Assembly (NCBI GenBank): GCA_043228905.1
Contig: JBHGNT010000002.1
Location: 16,306,001-16,370,000 of the forward strand
Source of the DNA: Azolla caroliniana
Lineage: Eukaryota; Plantae; Polypodiophyta
Direction: 5' to 3'
Length of the DNA stretch: 64,000 nt
The translations under genes were made by a program, and so were the position numbers. Shown one piece after another: positions 39,271-50,579 of the stretch (position 1 is its first letter; the number at the start of each line of letters is the position of its first letter). Under the pieces are notes generated by a model. It was not told the DNA's origin. It worked only from the letters and a program-made list of their open reading frames with translations, and did no database searches.

Positions 39271-40528
39271 TATCGAGGAAGTTCTGGCTACACGGTGAAA
39301 CAAAGCCGAACGCGTGGGAACGGGTGCTTACACGGATGAAGACAAAAATTTAGCCTCTATGTATGAACACATGTAAATAACATAGGACCAATAAGTACTA
39401 GGGAGTAGGATTTGATGGGAACTTTAAGGTCCCGCATGGATAGAAAAGAAGGGAGTGAGTCTAACATAAGAAGATCGAGGAAATCTTTGTCCGAAGTGGC
39501 CGACTCAACTACCTCATGTGACAACCATCTATCCCCTTGGTCTATAAAAGGAGGGAGAGAGGACTGAGCAGGGATCAACGTTTTGGGAGGACGAAGTGCT
39601 GCCGGTTTGAATGTTGAGCTCTCTCTCTCTCTCTCTCTCTATCTATCTTGTGACGGTTCTGGAAGGAAACCTTTGCTCGCGCAGGAAGCCCGTGAGCTCC
39701 CGACCAGAGGTTCTTCATTCCGTTTCTCTTGTGTGTGTGAGTGTGTGCGAGTGTCTCTCGTGAGTGCTTGGTTCTCTGGTAATCACTTGTTGATTGAGTT
39801 CCCTCTTGTGTTGGGGTTTCTGTGTTGTTCTTACTTGTTGCGTGTTAACCGTAACCAAGCTTGCGTCTTAAGTCCCGTTCAGACCCTTTTTGCGTGCACG
39901 TCCCGACTGCTTCTCGACTTCCCGACCGGGCTTAAACCGGCATAGCTATCCGGACCGATCCGGAGAATCTAACCGAACCGTAACACGAGCCTCCCTTCTT
40001 CCTTTCCGACTCCTTGGTCCGAGACCCCCGCGGTCCCGCCCGCTCTAACACGTGCACGCGGAATACCGCGACATCTTTGGTGAACACGACGTGAAAGAGG
40101 TGGCAGAAGAGTCTAGGATGAGGGGTAGTGAACTGGCGGAGGCGATGGTGGCAACCGTCAAGCGTATAGTGAATGCACGGGAGGGCACGGGTACCCTCAA
40201 CAGGGCCATAGAAGCGATAGTCAGTATGATAGGCTGGTTCAACGGGAAGGACGTGACTAGCTACCTGGAGGCCTATCGGGCCGAGATCATGATAAGGGAC
40301 ATACAAGAGGACAGACAACTGACCGGATTCCCTTGAGTTGTCACGCTGAGCATCCATGTCGAGGTGCGAGCAGATTGTCGTAACTGGGCAGAATTCGAAG
40401 GGCAACTCCTTGAAAGGTACGGCTTCGACGACTTTCTCCGGCTATCGAAGAAGGACTTTATGGATTGGGTCGAGAGCCCCGACAAGGGATAGAATACGTC
40501 AGCTCTACTTCAGGAGTTTGAAAAGCGG

Positions 40529-43500
40529 TGTCGTGCCTTTCGGCTTCGGATCGTTGCATGAGTCGGGTGGGAACCGCTGGGGTTTTGGACTAGGAAGAGG
40601 AGAGTTTTAAGGCTAATAAGAATATAAATATGTTGTAAGAAAGAGTTATAGCAAACTCGTGAATCCCACGAGTGTATTGTATTAGATTAATCAATATGAA
40701 TATAAGAATATAAACTTCGGTTGAAAGAGAATGATATAGAATTCTCGTGAATCCCACGAGTATAGTTTATTAATTGGTGTTTTTTAGAAACATATCCAGT
40801 TTCCAAATATTTTTCACACCTATTACATTGTGCTCCCCATCCTTATGTAGTGATGGGAGAGACTAAGCATAGCTACATGCTTTTTTTTCTAATATGTTCA
40901 TGCACACTAAATGTGCATGTGATGCTTTTCTAATCCTTGCTTTTATTTGCTAAATATAGTGCTCATGCTTTTCCTATAGATAGACTATATGCTTTATCTA
41001 AAGTGATCATGCTTTTTCTAACTTGTGCGTTTTTTATCATGCACGCTAGATGTGTATGTGTAGCTTTTTCTTTTGTTATGCGTTTTTCTAATGTTTATCC
41101 TAGCGTGAATTTACCTTTCTACGTGGGACATCTATGCTTTAACACTAATGAAATGCTAGTGTAATGGTAAGACATTACATTATTAACATGGAGGTGCAAG
41201 GTTCGAATCTTGCCCTATGCATGTTCCATTTATTTTGCTATTTTCTTCTATTTCTTCATTTTTTATTGAATCTAATACTATATACGTTTTTCACGTAGTG
41301 TACAAAATACACTACGACACTCACCCCCTCCAAACCCGCACATCCTCCGGTATGTGCCGAAGTTGTTGGTGTTTGTTAGTCTCCTCCTTCATCCTCCGTT
41401 TGTCCCGCTATGTCAACTTTGTCTCTCCATTTTGAGTAGACCCATTCTTTCCACCCGAACCATTGTCGCCATCCGATCCACCATATTCTATGTTCGCTTT
41501 TTGCATGGCCCTCTTGGTCCTTGTCATCCGCAGTAGTATCTTTTCTTGCCCTCTTTCTTTTCTTCATCAATCTCGACTTCTTTTCGGATTTTCGGTTTAG
41601 TCGGATTAGCTTACTTCCGATTCGGTCTCGTCGGATCGTCTTTCGTTTAGTTCGGCTTCCTTTCCGATTTGTATTCGGTCGATCCGGACTCGGTTGATCG
41701 GTTTTTACCGATTCAGTGCTCTTTCGGGTCGGTTTCTTTTCTTTTCTTTTCGTCCGGATTTGCTTTCTTTTCTTCGTTTTCACCTGCCTTGTCCGGTTCA
41801 ACTTTCGGCACTTCTTTCCGTTGTTCGCTACGTAGGTCCTCCGATATGTGCTCGTTGTTCGGTCCTCGTGTGGTTGTAATGCATGCTTCTTTTCTCGCCG
41901 TAGCGCGTGCTTCTTTATTCGCCATAACACGCGTTTCTTTATTCGCCGTAGAGCGTGCTCTGTATTACGCGCTTCTCCCATCGTAGACCCGACCTCCGCA
42001 TTGTCGCACTTTCTTTTAGATTGGAATTTCGGATGGATCATTTTCCATCCGAACCGACTTCCGACTTTACCTTCCTCGCCGCCATCTCCCGTCTCTCCGG
42101 TCTCACGTTGGTTCTCGGACACAACCGCCGAAGTCTCTAGATATTGTTGGCATGAATCCTCGGTATTACCTTCTTTCGTAGTTTCACCCTTAGCATTCTT
42201 CTCGGCTATCTCTTCATCGTATTCGTCGGCTTCGACATTCGTTTTCTCTCCGCCACCTTCCGTCTCTTCGGTCTCACGTTGCCTTTCGATCGCAACCGCC
42301 GGAGTCTCTGGAATCAGTGGTGGGGAAGTCTCGATATGGCAATCCGCCATTGATTCGTCCATAGCCACCTCCGATTCGATTTCGTCTTTTGTGGCTACCT
42401 CCTTAATCACATCCGCTTCACACTCTTTATCTGCATCAATTATGCAAACATCTATTATGCTTACCCCTTTTTGACCCGATGTCTCGGGCACTTGTATCCC
42501 AAAATTTCCTTCTACACTTGAATTATCGGCCTTATCCTTCGCCATCGTTCTTTCACAAGACGAGTGGGTGTCTTGTTCCACTCTTTCTCCCGTGGTACCA
42601 TCATGTTGTATTTCGGCCTTCATATTGGCTTCATCGTTTTTCCTCAATCGACCATCCTTCATGGGCCATGTCGTTGTTGACGAGATTCTCAGCTTCCTTT
42701 CATCATGTCTTCGGCATACCCTTTCGACTTTGGCCCAATCCTCGGTAAGGCCGTTCGCACCGTCATCGTCTTCGAGTTCAATACCGATGTCCTTCCTTTC
42801 TTTCCGATCAATCGATCTTACGAACATTAAGACTTTATCTTCTCCCACCAATCTTCGTTCCCGCTCCGAGAGTCGAGCAAAACGATGCTCGAACTCTAGG
42901 AACGCTTGCGTTGCACTTCGGTGAGTCTTCTCCGACGCCACCCATTCGTCGAATTCTCGTCGATCTCGTCCCGTCCATCTCTCATAGTCATATGCCTCCC
43001 GTAAAGCTTCTTCAAAGGACTCCCATGTCGAGTTTTGTTGCCGTATCTTGTGGATTCTCTCTTGTAGCTCATCCGTGGCCACCCGATTGAAGGATGTCAC
43101 TTGCAATCCTTCCGGTATCCCACATCGTATCATCTCCGCCTTGTAGTCACGTAGATAGCGTGACACATCGTTTCCGTTGAATTGTCCGTTTCGTTGTACG
43201 AGCCGTTGTACTACTGTCGTGATCTCCGACATCTCGCGTTGTTCTTGTAGCATTCTCTCGAACATCATCATCATCATGTTCATCGCCTCTTGTTGATTCT
43301 CCATCTCCTTGCCACCCGTCTTCACGTCGGGTTCACCAACTGTGTCGTGCCTTTCGGCTTCGGATCGTTGCATGAGTCGGGTGGGAACCGCTGGGGTTTT
43401 GGACTAGGAAGAGGAGAGTTTTAAGGCTAATAAGAATATAAATATGTTGTAAGAAAGAGTTATAGCAAACTCGTGAATCCCACGAGTGTATTGTATTAGA

Positions 43501-44133
43501 TTAATCAATATGAATATAAGAATATAAACTTCGGTTGAAAGAGAATGATATAGAATTCTCGTGAATCCCACGAGTATAGTTTATTAATTGGTGTTTTTTA
43601 GAAACATATCCAGTTTCCAAATATTTTTCACACCTATTACATTGTGCTCCCCATCCTTATGTAGTGATGGGAGAGACTAAGCATAGCTACATGCTTTTTT
43701 TTCTAATATGTTCATGCACACTAAATGTGCATGTGATGCTTTTCTAATCCTTGCTTTTATTTGCTAAATATAGTGCTCATGCTTTTCCTATAGATAGACT
43801 ATATGCTTTATCTAAAGTGATCATGCTTTTTCTAACTTGTGCGTTTTTTATCATGCACGCTAGATGTGTATGTGTAGCTTTTTCTTTTGTTATGCGTTTT
43901 TCTAATGTTTATCCTAGCGTGAATTTACCTTTCTACGTGGGACATCTATGCTTTAACACTAATGAAATGCTAGTGTAATGGTAAGACATTACATTATTAA
44001 CATGGAGGTGCAAGGTTCAAATCTTGCCCTATGCATGTTCCATTTATTTTGCTATTTTCTTCTATTTCTTCATTTTTTATTGAATCTAATACTATATACG
44101 TTTTTCACGTAGTGTACAAAATACACTACGACA
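40529..44133 (-). mobile_element. young non-autonomous gag-only LTR element (TR-GAG-like), tRNA-Trp PBS
   Basis: Near-identical 791-bp LTRs 40529-41319 and 43343-44133. TSD GCGG. PBS 43322-43338. PPT ~41320-41335. Confidence 0.95.
41376..43373 (-). CDS. 665-aa gag-like protein with acidic repeats, basic tail and Trp-rich C-terminal motif
   Basis: Uninterrupted ORF filling the element's interior. N-terminus FNGNDVSRYLRDYKAEM resembles the host gag. No pol motifs. Confidence 0.75.
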   Translation of the reverse strand: MQRSEAERHDTVGEPDVKTGGKEMENQQEAMNMMMMMFERMLQEQREMSEITTVVQRLVQRNGQFNGNDVSRYLRDYKAEMIRCGIPEGLQVTSFNRVATDELQERIHKIRQQNSTWESFEEALREAYDYERWTGRDRREFDEWVASEKTHRSATQAFLEFEHRFARLSERERRLVGEDKVLMFVRSIDRKERKDIGIELEDDDGANGLTEDWAKVERVCRRHDERKLRISSTTTWPMKDGRLRKNDEANMKAEIQHDGTTGERVEQDTHSSCERTMAKDKADNSSVEGNFGIQVPETSGQKGVSIIDVCIIDADKECEADVIKEVATKDEIESEVAMDESMADCHIETSPPLIPETPAVAIERQRETEETEGGGEKTNVEADEYDEEIAEKNAKGETTKEGNTEDSCQQYLETSAVVSENQRETGETGDGGEEGKVGSRFGWKMIHPKFQSKRKCDNAEVGSTMGEARNTEHALRRIKKRVLWRIKKHALRREKKHALQPHEDRTTSTYRRTYVANNGKKCRKLNRTRQVKTKKRKQIRTKRKEKKPTRKSTESVKTDQPSPDRPNTNRKGSRTKRKTIRRDRIGSKLIRLNRKSEKKSRLMKKRKRARKDTTADDKDQEGHAKSEHRIWWIGWRQWFGWKEWVYSKWRDKVDIAGQTEDEGGD

Positions 44134-44512
44134 GCGGTTTGTGCAACTCTCCACGCTAGACCAGACCGTGCTCAATACGAGCAAGGTCCAACTGTTTGTA
44201 AAGTCGGTCGACGTGCTCGACCGCGAGAAGGTTGGTATCTTGTTGGAGACGGATGAAGGGCTCACGACCGATTGGACTGTGGTCAAAAGAGTTTGCGGTC
44301 GTTTCGACAAACGGTACGATTGGAACAACGCGGGGTCGTCGATGACCGACGTGGGTGCGAGGAGGAAGCCGGAGGAATTGGTCTGACGAAAGTGGAGGAA
44401 ACGAGACGGTGGCTCGAGTTGGGCACAACGCTGTCCAATGTGGTTGTAGGACCGTTCGGGGGCGTAGCTCTTGAGGAGTTGACCAAGATGGTGCGTGATC
44501 TCCAGATTGCGT

Positions 44513-45120
44513 TGTCGTGATGTTTCTAACACATAATGTGAAACCACCCTCGAAAAGAAGTAAAATAGTAGTTCAAATAAACTAGTATTGTGAAGTCAAC
44601 TTTATTGGTAGCAAAAATACTTTTTCATTTGCCAAAGATAATTCCTTATAAATAAAAGGTCAAAGGATTGAACCTTGCTATAAATAATGATGAATATTAA
44701 GTTAGAGGCGGTTTTCAAAAGTAGACAAAAGTAGAGAAAAAGATGGGGAGAAAAAAAAGAAGCGCGCGTGGATATGAGGAGCACAGTAGAGAAAAAAGCT
44801 TTTAGACAAGCTTTTTTTTAGGGGAAAAAGGCAAACAATCCTAAACCTATAAATAAGAACCTATTCTAATGAAGAAGAGGGGAGGGAGAAGGAACATGGA
44901 AGCTCTACTCAATTGGAAGGCAAAAGAAGAAGGATCAACAACATCGAGAGGCATCATCAACAAAGAATCACCTTCTTTTATATTCCACTCTCTTCTTTCC
45001 TCCACCTCTCTTCCCCCTTCCTTTATAAATTATCTCTCATATTCATATCAAACCCTCCGACGTCAGTTGTGACTGCAGCTCAACCACGCTTGATTCCATT
45101 TTTGCACATGTCTACATGTC
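44513..45120 (+). mobile_element. truncated LTR (TGTCGTGA...)
   Basis: Starts after GCGT inside the host gag. TATA-like CCTATAAATA at ~44846. Right end not found. Confidence 0.55.
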
Positions 45121-45273
45121 ACAGTCCACTAGAGAACAAGTTGTACTTCAGGAAGAAGGCAAACTTGGCACACTTGAGGGTGTTTGGCAGCACAACATAT
45201 CTGCATGTGCCAAAGGAAAAGCAGAGGAAGTTGGACGTCAGAGCTGAGAAATGTATCTTGGTCAGTTACTTAG

Positions 45274-48200
45274 TGTGAAAGTGTTTTTAGAATTCAAGGT
45301 ATTGAAGTCTACAAGAATATAAGGTATGGTGCGTTCACATCCGGAGGGCAAGATCACGAGCTAAGGTCTTGAGGATAAGTCAAACAAAAAGCAAGTCACG
45401 TGGAGAAAAGTAAAAGAAGAAAAAAGCGGGCACCAAAATGCAGTCTACAACGAACGCTCATAACTCATTCGTTTGGAAGCCAAATATAATGTGTAAATAT
45501 GGGTTGGAAAGTTTGTGAAGAGAGCTATCCATAGGTTTTTAAAGCTCTAAATTTAGAGCTTCTACGAGGGAGATATGACGATTAGACGATCGTTGTATCA
45601 TAGCTAAGAATAGGAGATGGAAAAGCTGTAAAAAAAGCGTGGAAAAGAAAGCAAGCGAAACTTATCTACTAGAGGAGAACTTCATATAAAGCAAGAAGAG
45701 TGAGGTGGTGAGCAGGAGCCTTTTTTGTGGGGTTTTTCTTGCCTATTCATGTAGTGCGTTTTTTCTAGTGATCAATTCATCCTTGTAGGCTTGAGTTTAT
45801 GTATCTTCTTTCTCTTGTTTCTAGGATCATCACTCCTTATTAATATATCTTTGTAGATTTGGGTTTCTATATCTTCCTTCTCTCTCTTTTCTATCATCAT
45901 CTCTCTTTTCATTTTTTGGCGCTCCAGGGAGGGTCGATCCTTTCTGTATAACGGGAGGAACGGTTGTCCACTAATTGATGGTTGGATCTACCGATTCATC
46001 ATCAAACTAATGACACGATATGGAGTTCGCGATGCGACAGATCTACGAAGAGAACTTTTCCAATTGCGTATGGTTTCACCAATGTGCTACCTCGAGTATG
46101 AGAAGACGTTTTTGGATATATGGTCCACTTGGATTGGACTTGTTGGAGGCGTTGAAGATGTATACTTCAAGATGGAAAGATTCAAAGCAGGGCTAGATCC
46201 ATATTTTCAATATGAAGTGCATATGAAGTACCCAAGGTCTTTCCATGATTTGCTTCGAGTATGTCAAAGTTATGATCAACAATTGAAGAAGTTGTTATTC
46301 GGTGAAGCATATGGATTATCGGCGTCATATACCATAAATCCAAGCTATAATAATTGTGGATCGGTCATGAGCCAACAACCAGCCTACTTGCAATGTCCGA
46401 TTCAACAGGTTCCCTCATATCATTATTCTAATTTTTGGAGTTATAATGATGTCTATGAAGGTGATTCCAGAGACAATGAAGAAGAGGTGATGAATGTGGA
46501 GTCCCCCCATCTAGTTCATGAGGACAACCATGATATAAAGAATGATGATGTGAAAGACGAATCTAAGGAGATAGTTATGAGAAGCGATGTTATGGATGGT
46601 GATGCCAATGTACATCATGTTGAGGACATTATTGATACAACAAGTGATATGGTGGTTGATGATGAATATGTGCAAGATGAAATGGAAGATATGACAAAAG
46701 AAGTTGTTGATGGTGAAGTACCCACAACGAAGTTGCAAAATGAAGAAGGTAACCTAGAAGTGATAGCTGGAGATTGGCTTTTGGAGATCAATGCGTGTAA
46801 GGAAGCATTGGTAAGTGCCAAGTTGCAGTGTATGAAGGTGTTCATGCATGATTTATGTTTTGGATTTGCATTGAGTAGCAACAAAGTTATGTGGGCATCA
46901 ACTCTTCAACAACAATTTGACCAAGAGCCAAGAGATTTACTTGTAATGCATGATTGGAGTATCATTAACTTATCACCATCAAAGGATCCACCACAACTAA
47001 TCAAATGTATAAAGGAGAAGGAATCATCTATCGACATTGGCAAGCAAGAAGAGGAAAGCATAACAATTGATGAATATTCGTGGGATAGGGAAAACAAATC
47101 ATTCCACATGGTGTCTAAGGAGGAAGAAGTCATTGAAGAGAAAAGTATTATCACCCTAAAGGGGAAAAAGAAGATGATTTCAAACGATGTCCAAGGAGAA
47201 GAGGATCTAAGGTTTATTTCTCTCTTTTTTAAGTTTACAAAGTTATTCATAAATGAGTATTCACAGATAAGAGTAGAAGGCATCAAGCACCACATCAAGT
47301 TGGAGAATTTGAAGTTTGTCTCACTTATTGTGGTTGTTCCAAAGGAGAAAGACGTCAACTTCCAATCCTTGAATGATTCAACCAAACGAGATTTATTTTT
47401 GCTTCCTTTTCGAGATGAGATTCTAGATGAAATGGTCATACATAAAAAACAAGGTAATGTGGAGAATGTGGTGTGCCAAGAAGAAAGTCATGTTGATGAA
47501 GCAAAGATTGACATAATTCAAAATATGACAATTCTGACAAGTCTCGAAGCTTTGAAGGTATTTGTACAAAAGGTTCGCTCGCTCGAAAGATTTATTCATA
47601 TGTTAACATGCTTACTTCTATCAAGAGTTATGTATCACATAGACCTACTTCTGTTTGGAAAGTTGATGAAGATATACTAATTGTTGTAACCTCTTTCTTT
47701 GTGTTGACAAGGAGAAAGATGGTGATGGCAATTGTCAATGTGTATGTGTGTGTGTTTAGAAGTGTGAGGTTTTTCCTATCGACTAGCGGGGGTTTTACTC
47801 ACATAGTTTGTTTCTTTTCTATTTATTTTCTCCTTCTTTGTCTATAGCCATGAATAAGGCGAAGGAGAACCTTTAGTTTTATTAGTAGCTTAGGGTTCAC
47901 CATAAATGGTTCACAAAAAAGCAAGGGGGAGGGCTAAAAATGTGAAAGTGTTTTTAGAATTCAAGGTATTGAAGTCTACAAGAATATAAGGTATGGTGCG
48001 TTCACATCCGGAGGGCAAGATCACGAGCTAAGGTCTTGAGGATAAGTCAAACAAAAAGCAAGTCACGTGGAGAAAAGTAAAAGAAGAAAAAAGCGGGCAC
48101 CAAAATGCAGTCTACAACGAACGCTCATAACTCATTCGTTTGGAAGCCAAATATAATGTGTAAATATGGGTTGGAAAGTTTGTGAAGAGAGCTATCCATA

Positions 48201-48578
48201 GGTTTTTAAAGCTCTAAATTTAGAGCTTCTACGAGGGAGATATGACGATTAGAAGATCGTTGTATCATAGCTAAGAATAGGAGATGGAAAAGCTGTAAAA
48301 AAAGCGTGGAAAAGAAAGTAAGCGAAACTTATCTACTAGAGGAGAACTTCATATAAAGCAAGAAGAGTGAGGTGGTGAGCAGGAGCCTTTTTTGTGGGGT
48401 TTTTCTTGCCTATTCATGTAGTGCGTTTTTTCTAGTGATCAATTCATCCTTGTAGGCTTGAGTTTATGTATCTTCTTTCTCTTGTTTCTAGGATCATCAC
48501 TCCTTATTAATATATCTTTGTAGATTTGGGTTTCTATATCTTCCTTCTCTCTCTTTTCTATCATCATCTCTCTTTTCA
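45274..48578 (+). mobile_element. young non-autonomous LTR element, probable tRNA-Asn PBS
   Basis: 638-bp LTRs 45274-45911 and 47941-48578, differing at very few sites. TSD CTTAG. PBS TGGCGCTCCAGGGAGGGTCGA 45917-45937. PPT ~47915-47935. Confidence 0.95.
46010..47680 (+). CDS. 556-aa ORF: gag-like N-terminus, acidic linker, in-frame relics of gypsy RT lacking the catalytic core
   Basis: Intact ORF. RT-like IKHHIKL..SLIVVVPK..VNFQSLNDSTKRD.F.LPF.DEILD..VDEAKIDII; no YxDD. Confidence 0.65.
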   Translation: MTRYGVRDATDLRRELFQLRMVSPMCYLEYEKTFLDIWSTWIGLVGGVEDVYFKMERFKAGLDPYFQYEVHMKYPRSFHDLLRVCQSYDQQLKKLLFGEAYGLSASYTINPSYNNCGSVMSQQPAYLQCPIQQVPSYHYSNFWSYNDVYEGDSRDNEEEVMNVESPHLVHEDNHDIKNDDVKDESKEIVMRSDVMDGDANVHHVEDIIDTTSDMVVDDEYVQDEMEDMTKEVVDGEVPTTKLQNEEGNLEVIAGDWLLEINACKEALVSAKLQCMKVFMHDLCFGFALSSNKVMWASTLQQQFDQEPRDLLVMHDWSIINLSPSKDPPQLIKCIKEKESSIDIGKQEEESITIDEYSWDRENKSFHMVSKEEEVIEEKSIITLKGKKKMISNDVQGEEDLRFISLFFKFTKLFINEYSQIRVEGIKHHIKLENLKFVSLIVVVPKEKDVNFQSLNDSTKRDLFLLPFRDEILDEMVIHKKQGNVENVVCQEESHVDEAKIDIIQNMTILTSLEALKVFVQKVRSLERFIHMLTCLLLSRVMYHIDLLLFGKLMKIY

Positions 48579-48819
48579 CTTAGATGAGTAGAAGGGTTGT
48601 AAGTGCTATAACCCCCAAACCAAAGAGGTTTGAGTAAGCTGAGATGTTGTGTTTGACGAATCAGCTTCATGGTAACAACCTCCGACCCATCTGACCCTCG
48701 TAGACTCCATGCCGAGTTTTGAAGATGAGGCCTCTGGAGCCAATCCTCTAGTTGAGGAAGATATTGACACTCTAGGCACCGATTATTTCCATACTATCGA
48801 TTACTCAGAAATCAATTAT

Positions 48820-50579
48820 TATTGGGGGGCCTTCTCTCTACCCGTCCCCTACCCGTGGTTCATGTCGGTATCGAGGCTCATATTCTTCGTCATGATCGTA
48901 GTCGTAGCGATAGTGGCCATAGCCATCCTCGATAGGCCAGAAACGGTCCTCGACTAGCCGATAGCGGTCATCGTAACGAGGTCGCTCAATGTCCTGAAAG
49001 CGAGGTGGTTGACGGATGCGATCATCGTGTTGGAAACGATCGTTTCGTGGCTTGATCTGTCTGATCAGTGCGGCGGCGGCGCAGTTGAGCATGTGTGAGC
49101 TCGGGAATGACAAATTGGGTAGTGTGAACGTAGGATGCATTCCACTACCGAGTGTCCTAGGTTCAAGCAAGTGGTGCATTGAATGACCTACCTAAATTGG
49201 GATTCTTCGGTTGTCGGTAAAGCGCCACGGAGGGAACTCATGGAGAAATAGTTCTTGTTTTGGGCTTTATCCATGGCGAGGACACAATCGATAACTTGCT
49301 CGATCGTTTGTTAAGAGAAGTTGACGAGGGCCAAGGTGGTTTGAAGAGGCTCACGGAGAGTCGTAAGGAAGGTCTCCTTCAAGTCGTTAGCCAAGATTTC
49401 CTAAGCCAATTGATGATGTAGGTTCTGAAATCGAATTGTGAACTACAGAATCATCTCTTGTGGCTCCTACGAGATGGTGTAGAATTGGCTTAATAGTTTT
49501 CATTTGGGTATCTATCGATGAAAGAGGTGTATAAACTTGTCCTGGAGGACTGTAAAGGATGCAAACTCCCCCGAGTCGTGCTAGGAATACCAGTGTGTTG
49601 CTTGCCCATCGAGAGACAAGCCGAACTCTGCGATCTTTGATGTTTCTACATCGGTTGCGGACAATCGTTGCGACACATGGTTTGCTTGCCATGTGGTTAG
49701 GAAGGCTTGAACATGTGCTTCCACATCAACGTCATAAGTGTATCTCGGGTAGGGATAAGGCATTGTGTTGAAGTCGGGATCCTCCCGTACCATTGAGAAG
49801 AGGTTATATTCGAACCTTGGTCGACTTCAAAGGTGTTGCCGCTAGTTGATGTGGGATCATGAATCACGATTGATTGGGCATCTAATTCCGGAGGCAGCGA
49901 TTGCTCTGTGAGAGCGGAGTCAATGTTATTGTCTTCTTGTTCGACATGTCGGGAATTATCCGAGTGCGTATTCCTCTAGGGCTCACTGTTATGACGACCT
50001 GGGTTTTCTCCTATGCGTGTTCGTTGTGAACTCATAACGTGAACCGGGTGTGCCAAATTGTGTTACTCCCTCCTGGAGAACACCTTTGATTACTCCTGAG
50101 TAATCGGGTCAAGGGATCGTAGTGCATAAGAGACTCAGGCTCACGACGTACTAACGAGCGCAGAACGGATTGCTTACAGAGAATGAGATTGACACACTGC
50201 AGAATCGGCTACAACCAATTCATAGTTTTGTCCTTACACAAATCGAACTTTATATAGATATATGTATCGAGATGAGGCAGACACGAAGTTACCTACAAGC
50301 TTATATGTATATTCAATTAAATGTGGCATACAAGTACAGATTACAAGTTCCGAGTATAATCGGAACAATACTCACTCACTCTCCCTTAGTCTATTACTAG
50401 CCTTCGTCTTCTCGAGATCCCTTTTGTGTTTGCTGTTCCTCGATATATATAGCTTCCCTTCACCTCGGCGCTTTCCACCCACTCATTCCTTGACATTAGG
50501 CTTCATTATTTGGCTGTTAGTGCTCGGCTTCTTTTGATACGTTTTCACACTTGTCCTACTTGTCCCACAGGGTAACAAT
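48820..50579 (-). mobile_element. second Tat-like gypsy 5' fragment (LTR ~50059-50579, PBS-Arg, decayed gag)
   Basis: PBS TGGCACACCCGGT (minus, ~50043-50055). gag MPYPYPRYT...AFLTTWQANH is homologous to 21421-21696. Confidence 0.75.

Larger units (their letters stand above)
39271..44512 (+). mobile_element. tRNA-Trp-primed gypsy-type element 5' part (LTR ~39271-40073, PBS, gag), interrupted
   Basis: LTR ends CGCGACA at 40073. PBS TGGTGAACACGACGTGA 40078-40094. gag FNGKDVTSYLEAYRAE..., and FEKR|FVQLS is restored after removing 40529-44137. Confidence 0.75.
45135..48770 (+). mobile_element. copia integrase C-terminal fragment, host of the 45274-48578 insertion
   Basis: ANLAHLRVFG..KLDVRAEKCILVSYL|DE..CYNP..DVVFDE; similar to 36400-36680. 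Confidence 0.75.

Noticed and set aside
41150-41225. Functional tRNA gene
   Set aside because: Only D- and T-arm-like motifs are present, with no convincing acceptor or anticodon stems; reported as a tRNA-like LTR module instead.
41669-42924. Antisense ORFs over the gag-only elements (also 10694-12828)
   Set aside because: Shadow ORFs of low-complexity coding sequence on the opposite strand.
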